Shown here piece by piece: positions 1-12,258 of a DNA stretch of 64,000 nt. How positions within the stretch are numbered: the first letter of the stretch is position 1; each line of letters begins with the position of its first letter. A program made the position numbers and the translations under genes. Under the pieces are notes generated by a model. That model did not search any database. It was not told the DNA's origin and saw only the letters and a program-made list of their open reading frames with translations. Location of the stretch: positions 33,728,001-33,792,000 of the forward strand of contig NC_043009.1 in NCBI RefSeq assembly GCF_006345805.1, read 5' to 3'. This DNA is from Octopus sinensis (Eukaryota).

Positions 1-148
1 CGTAGAAACATTGCCAGATCAGACTGGGCCTGGTGCAGCCTTCTGGCCTCCCAGACCCCAGTTGAACCGTCCAACCCATGCTAGCATGGAAAGCGGACGC
101 TAAATGATGATGATGAAAGCAGACAAAAGTACAAACCAAATAACTCAC

Positions 149-226
149 TAGACTTAACTGGCAACTAAGATCTTCCACTTTCTGTTCCAGATGAGCTCGT
201 TCAGTTAACGATGAATCTGTGGACAG
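149..226 (-). CDS. CEP135: CEP135 coding exon 13 (LSTDSSLTERAHLEQKVEDLSCQLSL); gene continues beyond the left edge
   Basis: Polypyrimidine tract plus ttccag acceptor, gtgagt donor; 78 nt, phase 0-0. Confidence 0.85.
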
Positions 227-523
227 CTGGAAAGAAGGAAAAAAATCCAAGAAAATATTAAATTATTTTGGAAATCGAAATCGAAATCAATGACTGGCAT
301 CTGTGCTAGTGGAGTGCTAAGAGCACCATCCGAGTGTGACTGTTGCTAGAGCAACTGACATTACTGACAGTACTTAACACAACAAAGCTTTACATTTTAC
401 TTTTGACAAGCTTTTTCTAAAAAAATGAAACCAGTCAAGTAAATAAACATCTTTTAAAATTGCATTTTCAAACCTTCTTTCATATATATTTCCACTCGTG
501 TGCTACCTTACAACTTCACTTTG

Positions 524-560
<37 letters not shown>

Positions 561-579
561 CGTACCTTTCTTGCATTAG

Positions 580-1040
580 ACACTAAACTCTGCTTGCGAA
601 GACCTGTTAAGGCAAGCGAGACTGAAATCAAATTCAATGACAGAACCACGTGACTGGCATCCATGCTAGTGAAGAGCACCATCCAAGCGTGATCATTATC
701 AGTGTCGCTTTACTGGTACTTGTACCGGTGGTACGTGAAAAACAACATTCGAGCGAGGGCGTTTCCAGTGCCACTTGACTGGCTCCTGTGCAGGTGACAC
801 GTAAAAACACCATTTGAGCTAGGCTGTTGCCAGTACTGCCTGATTGGCCCTCATGCCAGTGGCACGTAAAAAACACCCACTACACTCTCAGAGTGGTTGG
901 CGTTAGGAAGGGCATCCAGCTGTAGAAACTCTACCAGATCAGATTGGAGCCTGGTGCAACCATCTGGGTCACCAGTCCCCAATCAAACCGTTCAACCCAT
1001 GCCAACATGGAAAGTGGACATTAAACGATGATGATGATGA
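580..1040 (+). mobile_element. RTE LINE 3'-UTR / tail repeat ending in (GAT)n
   Basis: GGTGGCACGTAAAAA...GGAAGGGCATCCAGCTGTAGAAAC...AACCCATGC...(GAT)n. Further copies at 1-117, 14260-14370, 20430-20555, 32760-32970, 45030-45300, 46070-46240 and 46540-46707 (+), and 22410-22740, 28060-28310, 36690-36960 and 42340-42520 (-). Confidence 0.75.
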
Positions 1041-1078
1041 TACACATACGTCTATACATATGCATGTATACATATACA

Positions 1079-1142
<64 letters not shown>

Positions 1143-1683
1143 TATATACATATAAGAGGGATGACCATAGTGGTCATCCTTCTTATATATATGTAATACA
1201 ATTTACTGAACTTTCAGGTTTTAATATGCTAGACCACTGGTGTTAAATTGATGTTAAATTAATATCCAATTTCTCACCCTCATTTTAAATTTATATATAT
1301 ATACACATACATAATATGTCTGTATGTAATGTGGTGGTGTGTGTAATGAGGTGGTGTGTATGTGTTGAGGAGGGTGATTGAATTAACTGGAGCAAGAAAA
1401 CTAAGTAGAGCAAGGAAAACATGAAGGAGACAGGTGGAGGTGGAGATTAGGAGGGTTAGTTTGTAAAAGGAGGATGCCCAAAACTGGGCAAGATGGCAAG
1501 ATGGTGTGAGGGCAATTGCTATGGCACTGAGGTAGATCCAGCCACGCCCCTTGATAGGGACAAAACCTGGATTTAAAACACTGTAAAGCCGAAATATAAC
1601 AATCTGCTTAATTATCATCACACAACACTTGCAACATACTTTAAACCTAAAAATTTAATCAAGCATCAATATAAATTTCTTAA

Positions 1684-1900
1684 CCTTTTCGTTACTGTAT
1701 TTCTGTTGAGATGCTCCGTGTTTTTCTCAATTATTTTAGATATAACAAAGAATCTATTAAAATAACATAGTTATCATTAAGCTAGTGTTAGGAACATTAA
1801 TTATAACTAAGGTTTGGTGGAAGATTTTAATTTGAAACTTATGTAAACAAGACATTTGTATGCCAGAGCCAGTTTCAGCCCCAGGTTCGTAATGAAAGGG
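1684..1900. mobile_element. piggyBac-type MITE, family E (second copy at 8716-8936)
   Basis: TTAA on both sides; TIRs CC(C/T)TTTCGTTAC / GTAATGAAAGGG; near-identical internal sequence at 8716-8936. Confidence 0.8.
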
Positions 1901-2075
1901 TTAAACCACCTCATCCTGAAGGGGCTTAGTGAAGTGTATTCTTGCATTTGGCTGATGTCTTATTTTTGAGAACAACCTCAACAGGTGTTATTAGTGCCCT
2001 CTTTTTTCCTATGAATGATAATAAAAATATAAATTCATTAAAAAAAAATCTTAAGACTGCAGCTCAACTATTTAA

Positions 2076-2296
2076 CCCTTTAGCATTCGGATTAATCTGT
2101 CAATAGAAATGCTTATTTGTTCAGATTATCTTAAAAGACATCATGTATTATCTCATAGCTCTGGGATTTCAATAATGTGATTGTTTATTTTTAGAATGAC
2201 ATTGTCAGCCAGATGTGAGAGGCTGGATCTGGCCAGTTTGATTATGAAACAGATAAAATATTTGGGCCAGATGTAGCCAGTTTAAATGGTAAAGGG
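2076..2296. mobile_element. piggyBac-type MITE, family F (inverted decayed copy ~26115-26330)
   Basis: TTAA|CCCTTTAGCATT...AATGGTAAAGGG|TTAA. Confidence 0.8.
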
Positions 2297-2313
2297 TTAA
2301 GATAAGAAATTAC

Positions 2314-2487
2314 CCGAAGTCTTTCTTGTAAGCTGTCTCTCTCCGTCATTATTCTCTGAAGGTCAGCTGAGGCATTATCTCGTTCATTCTCTACTTGGCG
2401 CAACACGGCTTGAGCAGCTAACGATGTTCTGGGTGATTTTGGAGAGCGAAGTATTTCTCGTCTCAATTTCTGGAGTTCCTCCTTGGC
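2314..2487 (-). CDS. CEP135: CEP135 coding exon 12 (AKEELQKLRREILRSPKSP...ERDSLQERLR)
   Basis: AG acceptor and gtaatt donor; 174 nt, phase 0-0; overlaps ORF 2242..2466; DL.RIM.E...L.E.L motif. Confidence 0.9.
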
Positions 2488-3619
2488 CTTTAATGATATG
2501 ATGAGTTAATTTATTACAGATAATTAATTAGAGAGTAATTAAAGTAAATGGAACTGTAGTAGAAGAATGAGATAACAGAAGAAAGAGGCAGAAAATAGGT
2601 CTTCATTACATCCACCAACACTGCTCAGAAACCAATTAAAGGATGGAGATGAAACAGAAAAGCCATAATCCAAACTGTTTTATCAAGAGTTCTTGGAATA
2701 TATTGTCAAGAATTATTCTACAATAAAATTATACAATGGTTTGAACAAATAACAGCACTAAACATTTAACACAATAATAATTCCTTCTGACTTCGGCACA
2801 GGACCAATTATTAACGAGTCACCAGGTAGACAAATGATTCAACTCAACTATCTACTCCAGGTAAACAGGTGAGACAATATTTAATATTGCTATCCTCACC
2901 CCCGCCCTGCACCAAATTGAAAAAACTGTGTGACTATAGAACCCACAATTCAGGAGAGGACTCAGTATATTTGGAATGCATTGTATATTAGAATTTACTA
3001 AGAACAATATCACCCACCCACACACCACCACTATCACCATACACACACCACACATACAGGTTGCCCCTGGCAACTGGGAACAAAACAAACTACAATAAAA
3101 CAAACAAATAAAAAAAAACATCATACAGAAAACTATTTCTTCCAGAAAAATGAGACACATGTTCAAGCAAAAATATCTCTGAAACAGGCCATTAGATAAA
3201 TCCTCCTTCATTCCCTAATGACGGCCCCAATGCAGCCAGGAAATAACAGCATACCAGGATCAAGTGGCTCCCACCTATGCCCTCCACCATGCTCATGATG
3301 GCAACCCTCAATGTGCCCCTGACACTATGGAGGCCACTGTCTGGTTTCATCCCTGATGATGCTCCAAAAGTAGAAATCTACAGGTTTGAAACCCAGAGAG
3401 CCAGGAGGGCACATGCTTTTATAGGTACATGATTACATGGTACTCGCAGAACTTCACAGACATGTGCTCTCCCTCCTCATCACATAGGATCAGCACCTGA
3501 GGTCTTTCTGGGCCATATGCCTGGTGGTAGACTTTGCCACTTTTGTGCCCTCATCACAGACATAAGAAAAAAAATAGGAATGAGATAATTGATAAATGAG
3601 AACCAATGAAAGAACTTAC

Positions 3620-3682
3620 TCCATCATACATGTCTTTGAGGTTGTCTCGTTCTTTAGTTAACACTTTTACATTAGCACGAAC
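3620..3682 (-). CDS. CEP135: CEP135 coding exon 11 (VRANVKVLTKERDNLKDMYDG)
   Basis: ttgtag acceptor and gtaagt donor; 63 nt, phase 0-0; NVK.LT.ERD motif. Confidence 0.92.
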
Positions 3683-4737
3683 CTACAACAAAATAAAAAT
3701 GTATTTGTAATAGCAAGAATGATGATGACGACGATGAAGAGGAGGAGGTGAAAGTATTGCGGCAAGAAGGTGCAAGTGTAGTTGTGTGGTAAGAGGTTTT
3801 GCTCCCCAACCACATGTTTCTAGGTTCAGTCCCACTACGTGGCACCTTGGGCAAGTGTCTTCTACAGTAACCAGAGGCCAACCAAAGCCTTCTGAATGGA
3901 TTTGGTAGATGGAAACCAAGAGAAGCCCATCATGTATATATATATATAAGAGAATAAAGGGTATGTACACCGCTATATATATATATAAAATACCAAATGG
4001 GACAAGAATGCAAAACATTCAGAAGACAATACAAAAAACACGGACGGGTCATTCGAAGCTTTCAATCTTCAGTCAAGAACCGGATCATCTTCGCAATTTT
4101 GGCTGATTAATCTTGATATATATATATATATATATATGAATGAATGTGTGTGTGTGTGAGTGTGTGTGAGTGAGTGAGTGCATGTCTATGTCTCATTGTC
4201 GTTATATTGCATGACAGTTGTAAATGAGTGTCACTGTCATACAAGCAGTGTCCTTTCCAATATTCTGTGAAAAACGTACCTGGCCATGGAGGAGAAATAT
4301 TAACTTGCTTAGAAACAGGTGATGGTTGGCAACAGGAAAGGCATCCAGCCCTAGAAAATATACCTCTACAAATTCCATCCAACCCATGCAAGCATGGAAA
4401 AATGGACATTATAATGATGACGATGAAAATGATGATGATGATGATGTGTGTGTATAGGTAAAGAAGCTTGCTTCCAAGCCATGTGGTTTTGAATTCAGTC
4501 CTACTGGATGGTATCTTGGGCAAGTGTCTTTTATTATAGACCTGGGACAACCAAAACCCTGATGAATTTGAAGAAGTTCATCGTGTGTGTGTGCGCACAC
4601 GTATGCGTGAGTGTGTCATGCTTACTGATAGTGACAAAGAATCTTTGTTTTGCAAGTTACTTGGAGTCCCTACCAATGCTGGTACCATGTAAAAAGCATC
4701 CAGTCCACAATGTAAAGTGTAGTTAGCATTTGGAAGG

Positions 4738-5230
4738 GCATTTGTAAACAGCCATCTTTCCCTTTTTCTGACAAGGATGTAGTCAATTTGACTAGTGTGT
4801 CTGCCAGAATGGAAGGTGACTAGGTGACTGGTAGGTTTCCTGAAGTTAGTATTGCAAACCATAAGATCATTTGCATCGCAGAACTCCAGCAGTCTGGTTC
4901 CCTCCTCATTGCGGGAACCAAAACCGTAGCCTCCATGTATGCCATGGAAGCCCCCTGTATGTTGTCCAACATGTCCATTGAAGTCACCAGCCACAAAGAG
5001 AAGATCCCTGTCATTTTTCAACGAGGTAGTCTGCAAGAGGGTGTCATGAGGAACCTAGCGGAACCTCCTCTTCACCTTACTTCTTGGAGGCAGCACAAAT
5101 CGACACATCTCCATTCAAGCATCTCAACAATCTCACCAGGCCTACCTTTCAGTGTGCCGACGTTGAGAGTGCCAAGCCTGAGGGTATGGGAGGTGTGGGC
5201 CTGTGAGACCCTGGGACGGGGGACAGCAGT
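4738..5230 (-). mobile_element. RTE-clade LINE, AP-endonuclease fragment with internal deletion
   Basis: TLNVGTLKG..GEIVEML....VDLCCLQEVR, then AGDFNGHVG...HGGYGFGSRNEEG.RLLEFC...NTNF.K...SQIDYIL (APE motifs). In-frame TGA and a missing central segment. Confidence 0.88.
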
Positions 5231-6228
5231 GTCATGTACCTGAAAAGAAAGCTTGCATTTGGCAGAATTCATAAACAAACAATAGCCTTCAATTCAACCT
5301 GCATACACTACACCATCATACTTATGCACTATATGATCACTACCTTACATAGGATATAAACCCTAAGTAGGGGTGGGGATGGCGTAAAGCCTTTAGAAGT
5401 GTTCATGGGAGACAACCAAAGGATGACAGAGGATAGGAACTTCCACAGGTGGAGGGGGTGGGAGGGCGGGTGTACTGCGAATTAGCAAATTTAGACGAGA
5501 GCATCTTCTGGATACATATTCTTTCAGCAGAGGTATTTAAAATTAAGTAGGGCAATCCGAGTGCGTGCGTTAGTTTATATACAGTGGGGTGGGGAGTCTT
5601 GGCGAAGCAAGTGGTAATCGAAAGAGAGAGAGAGACAGACATACAGACAGAGTGAGGCTGAGAGAGAGGGAGACAGAGTGAGGCAGAGAGAGAGAGAGGG
5701 AGTGCCAGAGTTGGTCAGAACACGAGGGAGAAAAATATTTTTGGGGATTGGGATTTGGGTACATTATTTAACGAAACAGCAAATTTAGATAATAGTAAAA
5801 TAGAATTGAAAAATCTTAGAATTTTTAGTCAGTCAATCTATGACAAAATTAGAGAAATAAGTGGTGGTGTGATAAACTTGAATAAATAAATATGTGGCGA
5901 TTAAAGGATATGTGTGAACTAAGGCTATCTTAAGGCAACAACGAGGAAGACGAAACTATTGAAACTATATTTACATGTTTACATGGTAATGAAATAGATA
6001 GAATAATGAAAAGAACTAATAAGGGGTTTATGATCTGAGCAGAAACAGAAGAGTAGATAAACAAGGTTGAAAGACAAAATTACTTACTTGATGATCATCT
6101 GAGATTCGTATCCTTTTGGCAGAGGTATTGGTTGTAAAACAATGCCTCAATAATATACTCCTCTGATCCATGTTAGCATGGCAAAATGAATGTAAACACA
6201 CACACACACACACGCATACAATTCTTAC

Positions 6229-6324
6229 CTCGTTCATATGACGTTCAAATTTCTCAAGCATGTCTTTCATCTTGTCCCTTTCTTCTCTTGCTTTCTGTAA
6301 TTCTTCATCATTGTAATTCTGGTT
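6229..6324 (-). CDS. CEP135: CEP135 coding exon 10 (NQNYNDEELQKAREERDKMKDMLEKFERHMNE)
   Basis: ttgttag acceptor and gtaaga donor; 96 nt, phase 0-0; ERD....MLE.FE..M motif. Confidence 0.92.
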
Positions 6325-8297
6325 CTAACAAGAAATGTTCAGAAACATGAGTGACAAAATCAGAACTGTTCATATGAGCAACATAAAGGGTTGCTATCAT
6401 CACTAGTAAAGAAAGAGCCAGCCATCAACTGCAAGCAAGTAGGGTTTGCTAGCATGTACCATGCTTTCACTAATTGTTTTAGGTGCCTGTGGAGTCATGA
6501 GCAAACACAGACAACCAATCATCCACCTCCCATTTTTTGACCCAGTGGCACATTTAAGATGTGACAGCTGATGTTGGAGAGGGCTGCACCAGCACTTAAC
6601 AGGTTCTCATGTTCAGGTGAGGAGACTATAGCAATGAAGTAAAGTGCCTTGCTCAAGGACACAATGTCTTGTCCAGGAATTGAAACCAGGATATTATGAT
6701 CGTGAGCCCCTAACCCCTAGGCCAAGTATCTTTGTGACTTACCCATTATAAGTACAAATAATTCATTATGCATCATTTCTGTGTGCTAGGGTAGGTAGGT
6801 ACTTTGAAAATGCCTCATATAGTAATAACCAAAACCTGCACAGTTCCAAGCTTCCTTTGGCAAGGTATAGCACTTGTTTGGTCACTCTGCCAGGGATGCA
6901 GCAAACCCATGGGACGGCAGCACAGTGGGCAGTGAAGAGGTTAGCAGAAGGGTTCAACTAAGCCAATGGTGCTTCTTACAATGATGCTGAGCAGAGGAAT
7001 CCAAAGTCAGCAGTCAGGATCACTAAGATCAATCAAGAGAGTAACTGCAACACATCTGGTGAAATCAGCTAATAGAAGATTCATTATGAATCAAGTTTCA
7101 AATTCAAATATGAATAGAATCAGATGGCAACAGAGAGTCACAGGAACCCGTGAAAGAGTGCAGCTGGATGATGATAAGCAATTAAAATTACATCTAATCG
7201 AATTAAAGAACTTTTCTCTCTCTCTCTCAGAATTCAAGTAGACAGTGCCGTGAAAGTGCTGTGGAAGCCCATTCACAGAGTTCCTTTCCTCCAAGAAATA
7301 GGAATGGATTAAACCAGAGGCTGGCAACCTTTTCTCGTGTAGTATACTGTCCAAAGAAACGAGAGAACAAGGTAGACGTACACAGATCCGTTGTACAGCA
7401 TGGAACAGTTAAAAAGTAAACTAACCATGGCGAGAACTTATTAGTTTAATGGTTAATTCTAGCTACAAAGAGTAAGGGAGATAACCCTTGCCAGAATGAG
7501 GCTAAATATGCATATATTATGTTAATTATTGAATTCTAATTAGCTGACTTGAAAGAAAAAGTATTCAGCTCTCTCTCAAATTACATTCTCCTAATATAAA
7601 GGGATAATTTATAAATGGGATAATTTAGTGCAAGGTTCCTTGTGCACTGGAAACTGATGGGATGAATATGGTTGGAATGTCTTCAACCATAGGTTTCTGC
7701 AATTAGGAGAAGCTAAGGCTAAATGGCAAAACTAAAGTAAAAAACTGTCATTTACATTGAAGAAACAACTAATAATCTCTATGTGTGTGTATACAAGCAG
7801 CATCTGCATTATCACTATATATATAGAGAGAGATTTATTACTGAGAGAATTTACTCAGACAGCAAATCCACAAAAGATAATAATTAAGATAGTGTAGAAA
7901 TACTCATGCAATGAAGAAAAGTCATCATTTTATGTGTCTGGGTTACACCATAATTTATGTACTGGAAATATGCTAATTTCTCATTCTCACTATGCATGTA
8001 CAATATTGTAGACCTACTCAGGGATTCTTTTATCGTTAATTTAGCAAGTACAGTGAAGTTTATACTTTGCTGAAGAGACTTAACAAAACTGAAACATGCC
8101 TGGAATTATCTCCTACTCTAGCCAAGTTTATTAAAGTAATACAAATTATTGATTAATATTGTCATTTCCTCGTCATAAAATTATTTCTTATTTCATTGGT
8201 TATGTTAACACTAAAACTAATTGAAGTCATTTAAGGTTGACATCCACTTCTTTTAGATATATTTTCTCTCAAAGACAGCAGAAGAATGGAATCTTAC

Positions 8298-8423
8298 CTT
8301 GTTAGATTGAGGACGTTTGGGACTCGTAGATCTCCTGATAGCTTTCAGCTGTTCGTATTCGGATTTAAAGTAATCCCGTTCTTGCTCCAACAACTGACAT
8401 ATTCGTTCGTAATGAGAAATTGT
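8298..8423 (-). CDS. CEP135: CEP135 coding exon 9 (TISHYERICQLLEQERDYFKSEYEQLKAIRRSTSPKRPQSNK)
   Basis: tttttag acceptor and gtaaga donor; 126 nt open frame, phase 0-0; ERDY motif. Confidence 0.85.
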
Positions 8424-8715
8424 CTAAAAATACAAATATACAAACAACTATTGGTATGTGGAAACACAACGAAACTTATACGTACATATACATATCTATA
8501 TAGAAATACACACGCACACACTAACAGATACACATTCATACACACACATACAGATATACACTGCTATATATGAAGTTAAGTTTTTTTTCTTTTCATTGTC
8601 GCGACTAAATTCCTGTATTTGTTCTGCACAAAAGAAATTCTCAGTTTTCAATAAAACATTAACCACAACACATTTTGAATGCTTTTCTCTCATCTGGGCC
8701 TTACAAAATCTACAA

Positions 8716-8936
8716 CCCTTTTGTTACTGTATTTCTTTTGAGATGCTCTGTGTTTCTTTCAATTACATTAAATATAACAAAGAATTTAGTAAAATAACTT
8801 AGTTATCATTCAGCTAGTGTTAGGAACATAAATTGTGATTCAGGTTTGGTGGAAGATTTTAATTCAAAACTTTAAAAAATAAGACATTTGTACTACAGAG
8901 CCAGAGCCAGTTTCAGCCGGGTTGGTAACAAAAGGG
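8716..8936. mobile_element. piggyBac-type MITE, family E copy 2
   Basis: CCCTTTTGTTAC...GTAACAAAAGGG TIRs; degenerate TTAA. Confidence 0.75.
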
Positions 8937-9599
8937 TTACATAAAGTAACACTCACATACATACACACACACACAATCATCATCATCGTCATCCTCCCAT
9001 TCAGCATCTTCCTATCAAACCTCGTTGCTTCTTCCCAAAACATTTCCAGTCTTCCCCTTCCACACATTCATTCCATCTTTATCATTTTATACTTTCCCAT
9101 CCAATTACTTTCCTCCATACACATCACCAACTCAAATCTTATACTCACACTACACCTCACTCCTCCTGTAGCCAGTCATTCTCTCTGTCATTCCACACCC
9201 AACAGAGCCTCCACCCTCCTCATTACTTTCCAACCGCCACATATCCTCCTCTTTCTCAACACCCACGTCCCTCAACAATCCAATATCATACACTATGCAC
9301 AAACATCATGAAATCTAACGATCAGTCGGCAAGGAAAGCTTTGTTTTGTTGTTGTTGTTGTTTTTTAATCCCATTCGACCAGGACCCAGCTGACCTCTGC
9401 GCAAAAGGCACTCCAGCCATGACCACTACCTCTTTGTATTTGAGTCTAAACAGCTCAATGTATCCTTTCTTTTTAAGACATCGGGTGTGAATTGAGGGGC
9501 GATTTCAGGGTGAGAGAAACAAATAAAAAAAAAAATGAAAGCCTGAGCGAAAAAATGCAAAGACGAAATTTCTAATTGAAGTTTAATTAGAAACAAAGT

Positions 9600-9817
9600 T
9601 CAAATTTTGAATGAAGTTTGACATTTGAAGGAAAGCAAGCGAAAGTAAACAAAGGGAGATGACTCTCATTTATGAAGTTAGGCGTGCGTGTGTGGATAGA
9701 GGGCGTTGTACAGATTACAAATAATATGGCGGGTAAACGTGAAAACGGACATTTCGATCATTGTCTGTTAATTATTAATTAATTATGAATGTTTGTTGGC
9801 TGCCGACACAAGTGAGT
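9600..9817 (+). promoter_or_regulatory. Putative RAD54L promoter and non-coding first exon
   Basis: CpG-enriched. CHR-like TTTGAAT (9606-9612), YY1-like AATATGGCG (9723-9731) overlapping E2F-like GGCGGGTAAA, and an A|GTGAGT donor at 9812. Confidence 0.55.
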
Positions 9818-9996
9818 AAATTTTCTCATATCAAACAACAAACTTTGTAAAAAAGAACATTTTCATTGTCGTCAACCATGTTTATTTTGAATATTCCCGA
9901 TTGTTAGACAAGTATTTACTGTCACATATATATATATATATATACACACACACATACAACATTGTATTGGTGATAATCTAGTCGGAGTGGTACAGG

Positions 9997-12213
9997 ATGC
10001 GGCGAAGTTTAGCCCCGAGTAAAGTATCAACCTGTAAAAGGAAATTCGATGATACTAACCATTTCACTCAGTTTAAAAAATGCCGACCTCTGGAAACTTC
10101 ATCACCAGCATCACAACGTCCGGCTTTAACAACCCTTGACAACAATAAATTCATATACACTACACCTAATCATTCTGAACATGAGGCCTTTATCCGCAAA
10201 ATCTTATCGAAGCCTTTCCGAATACCAATTCTAAATTATAAAGGCGCGACACTTTCCAGTAAAGCATTGGGAGTTCGTAGGCAAGGAACTCGAAATGCCC
10301 TGCACGACCCCGATGAAGAAGGAGCCTTGATTTTGTATTCTCCACCGGAACTCTCAGCTCATGAGCTGGTGAAAATGAACTCTGAAAAGTTGCCTGTCCA
10401 TGTAGTTGTTGACCCTTTGTTGTCCAAAGTGTTACGTCCTCATCAACGAGAAGGGGTTAAATTTATGTATGACTGTGTAACTGGACAGCAGATAGAAAAC
10501 AGTTACGGCTGTATAATGGCTGACGAAATGGGGTTAGGGAAAACGTTACAGTGTATCACATTAATGTGGACACTGCTTCGCCAGAGTCCAGACTGTTGTC
10601 CATTGATTAACAAAGCTGCCATTGTATCTCCCAGCAGTTTGGTCAAGAATTGGGCCAACGAAATCAATAAATGGTTGCCAGGAAAGATAAACCCGTTAGT
10701 GGTGGATTCGGGCAGTAAGAGTGAAATTGACCGCAATTTAAATCATTTCATGAGATCACAGGGTCACCGAATCACAAACAACGTGTTAATTATTTCCTAT
10801 GAGACATTCCGACTTCATGCAGAAGTACTTCACCGGGGTAGTGTAGGTCTGATCATCTGTGACGAAGGACATCGTCTCAAAAACTCAGAGAACCAAACCT
10901 ACCAAGCATTAGACAAACTTAATGTTCAGAAAAGACTGTTATTGTCTGGTACACCAATCCAGAACGATCTTTTGGAGTATTTCAGTTTAGTTCACTTTGT
11001 CAACAAAGGAGTTTTGGGAACTGCTAAAGAATTCAAGAAGAATTTTGAGAATCCTATTCTTCGAGGAAGGGATGCTGATGCTTCTGATGCTCAGCACCAA
11101 AAAGGTCAAGAAAAACTAAAAGAATTATTAGAAACAGTCAACAGATGTATTATTCGTCGTACACAAGAGCTACTAACAAAATATCTCCCTGTGAAAATTG
11201 AACAGGTTATCTGCTGTAATATGACGCCAATCCAAACTGAATTGTACAAACGGTTTGTGAAATCTAAAGCCGCTCAAGCTTTAATTGAAAACCGAGATGG
11301 CAAAATGACAGCAAGTTCGCTTGCAGCCATCACATCTTTGAAGAAACTGTGTAACCACCCTGATTTAATTTATGACAAATGCAGTCAACGGGTCGATGGC
11401 TTTGAAGACTGTCTTGAGGTGTTTCCTAGCAATTATAATCCAAAAATTTTGTTGCCAGAATTATCTGGTAAATTCCTTTTGTTAGATTATCTGCTGGCTG
11501 TGATAAAAGCCAACTCCAATGATAAAGTAGTGTTGGTTTCTAATTACACAAATACTTTAGACTTGTTTGAAAATTTATGTAAACAGAGAAAATATACCTG
11601 GGTCAGACTTGATGGAACAATGTCGGTGAAAAAACGAGCAAAAATTGTTGAAAAATTCAATGATCCACTCAGTACAGAATTTATTTTCATGCTCAGTAGC
11701 AAAGCTGGTGGGTGTGGCCTTAATCTCATTGGCGCTAATCGTTTAGTGATGTTTGATCCTGATTGGAATCCAGCCAACGACGATCAAGCTATGGCCAGAT
11801 GTTGGCGTGATGGACAAAAGAAGCAATGTTACATTTACAGACTTGTTGCCACTGGCTCTATTGAAGAAATGATCTTCCAGCGCCAAGCACACAAAAAGGC
11901 ATTAAGTAGTTGTGTGGTCGATAACGAAGATGTAGAGAGGCATTTTAGCCGGGAAGATTTAAGAAATTTGTTTCAACTGAATGAAAATACTAAGAGTGAC
12001 ACACATGATAAATTCAAATGCCGTCGATGTGTTAACAATATTCAAGTGAAAAGTCCACCTGAAGACTCTAATTGTAATTCAGATCTTTCGCTATGGCATC
12101 ATGGCATTGACAAAAAAGGAATTGTAGACACTATGCTAAAAATGGCTTGGCACCCAACTGTTAGTTTTATATTCTATCACAGGTCTCATGAGGAACAAAG
12201 AAAAACTGTCTAA
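9997..12213 (+). CDS. RAD54L: DNA repair and recombination protein RAD54-like (SNF2-family translocase), single-exon ORF, 738 aa
   Basis: N-terminal MRRSLAPS. Motif [70 protein letters not shown]-terminal Zn-binding HDKFKCRRC...WHH. No stops or frameshifts. Confidence 0.97.
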   Translation: MRRSLAPSKVSTCKRKFDDTNHFTQFKKCRPLETSSPASQRPALTTLDNNKFIYTTPNHSEHEAFIRKILSKPFRIPILNYKGATLSSKALGVRRQGTRNALHDPDEEGALILYSPPELSAHELVKMNSEKLPVHVVVDPLLSKVLRPHQREGVKFMYDCVTGQQIENSYGCIMADEMGLGKTLQCITLMWTLLRQSPDCCPLINKAAIVSPSSLVKNWANEINKWLPGKINPLVVDSGSKSEIDRNLNHFMRSQGHRITNNVLIISYETFRLHAEVLHRGSVGLIICDEGHRLKNSENQTYQALDKLNVQKRLLLSGTPIQNDLLEYFSLVHFVNKGVLGTAKEFKKNFENPILRGRDADASDAQHQKGQEKLKELLETVNRCIIRRTQELLTKYLPVKIEQVICCNMTPIQTELYKRFVKSKAAQALIENRDGKMTASSLAAITSLKKLCNHPDLIYDKCSQRVDGFEDCLEVFPSNYNPKILLPELSGKFLLLDYLLAVIKANSNDKVVLVSNYTNTLDLFENLCKQRKYTWVRLDGTMSVKKRAKIVEKFNDPLSTEFIFMLSSKAGGCGLNLIGANRLVMFDPDWNPANDDQAMARCWRDGQKKQCYIYRLVATGSIEEMIFQRQAHKKALSSCVVDNEDVERHFSREDLRNLFQLNENTKSDTHDKFKCRRCVNNIQVKSPPEDSNCNSDLSLWHHGIDKKGIVDTMLKMAWHPTVSFIFYHRSHEEQRKTV

Positions 12214-12252
12214 ATACTAAACTACTTCCACTCGTTTTTTTTTCTTGCCAAA

Positions 12253-12258
12253 AATAAA
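12253..12258 (+). terminator. AATAAA polyadenylation signal for RAD54L (second candidate at 12520-12525)
   Basis: 40 nt after the stop codon, followed by T-rich sequence. Confidence 0.55.

Noticed and set aside
3350-3410. CTGATGA...GAAAC (a similar CTGAAGA...GAAA at ~19523-19550)
   Set aside because: Helices do not pair convincingly; at most decayed Penelope-type remnants.
4578-5036. 152-aa ORF as a host nuclease gene
   Set aside because: It is a truncated RTE LINE endonuclease with a deletion and a stop in the upstream frame.
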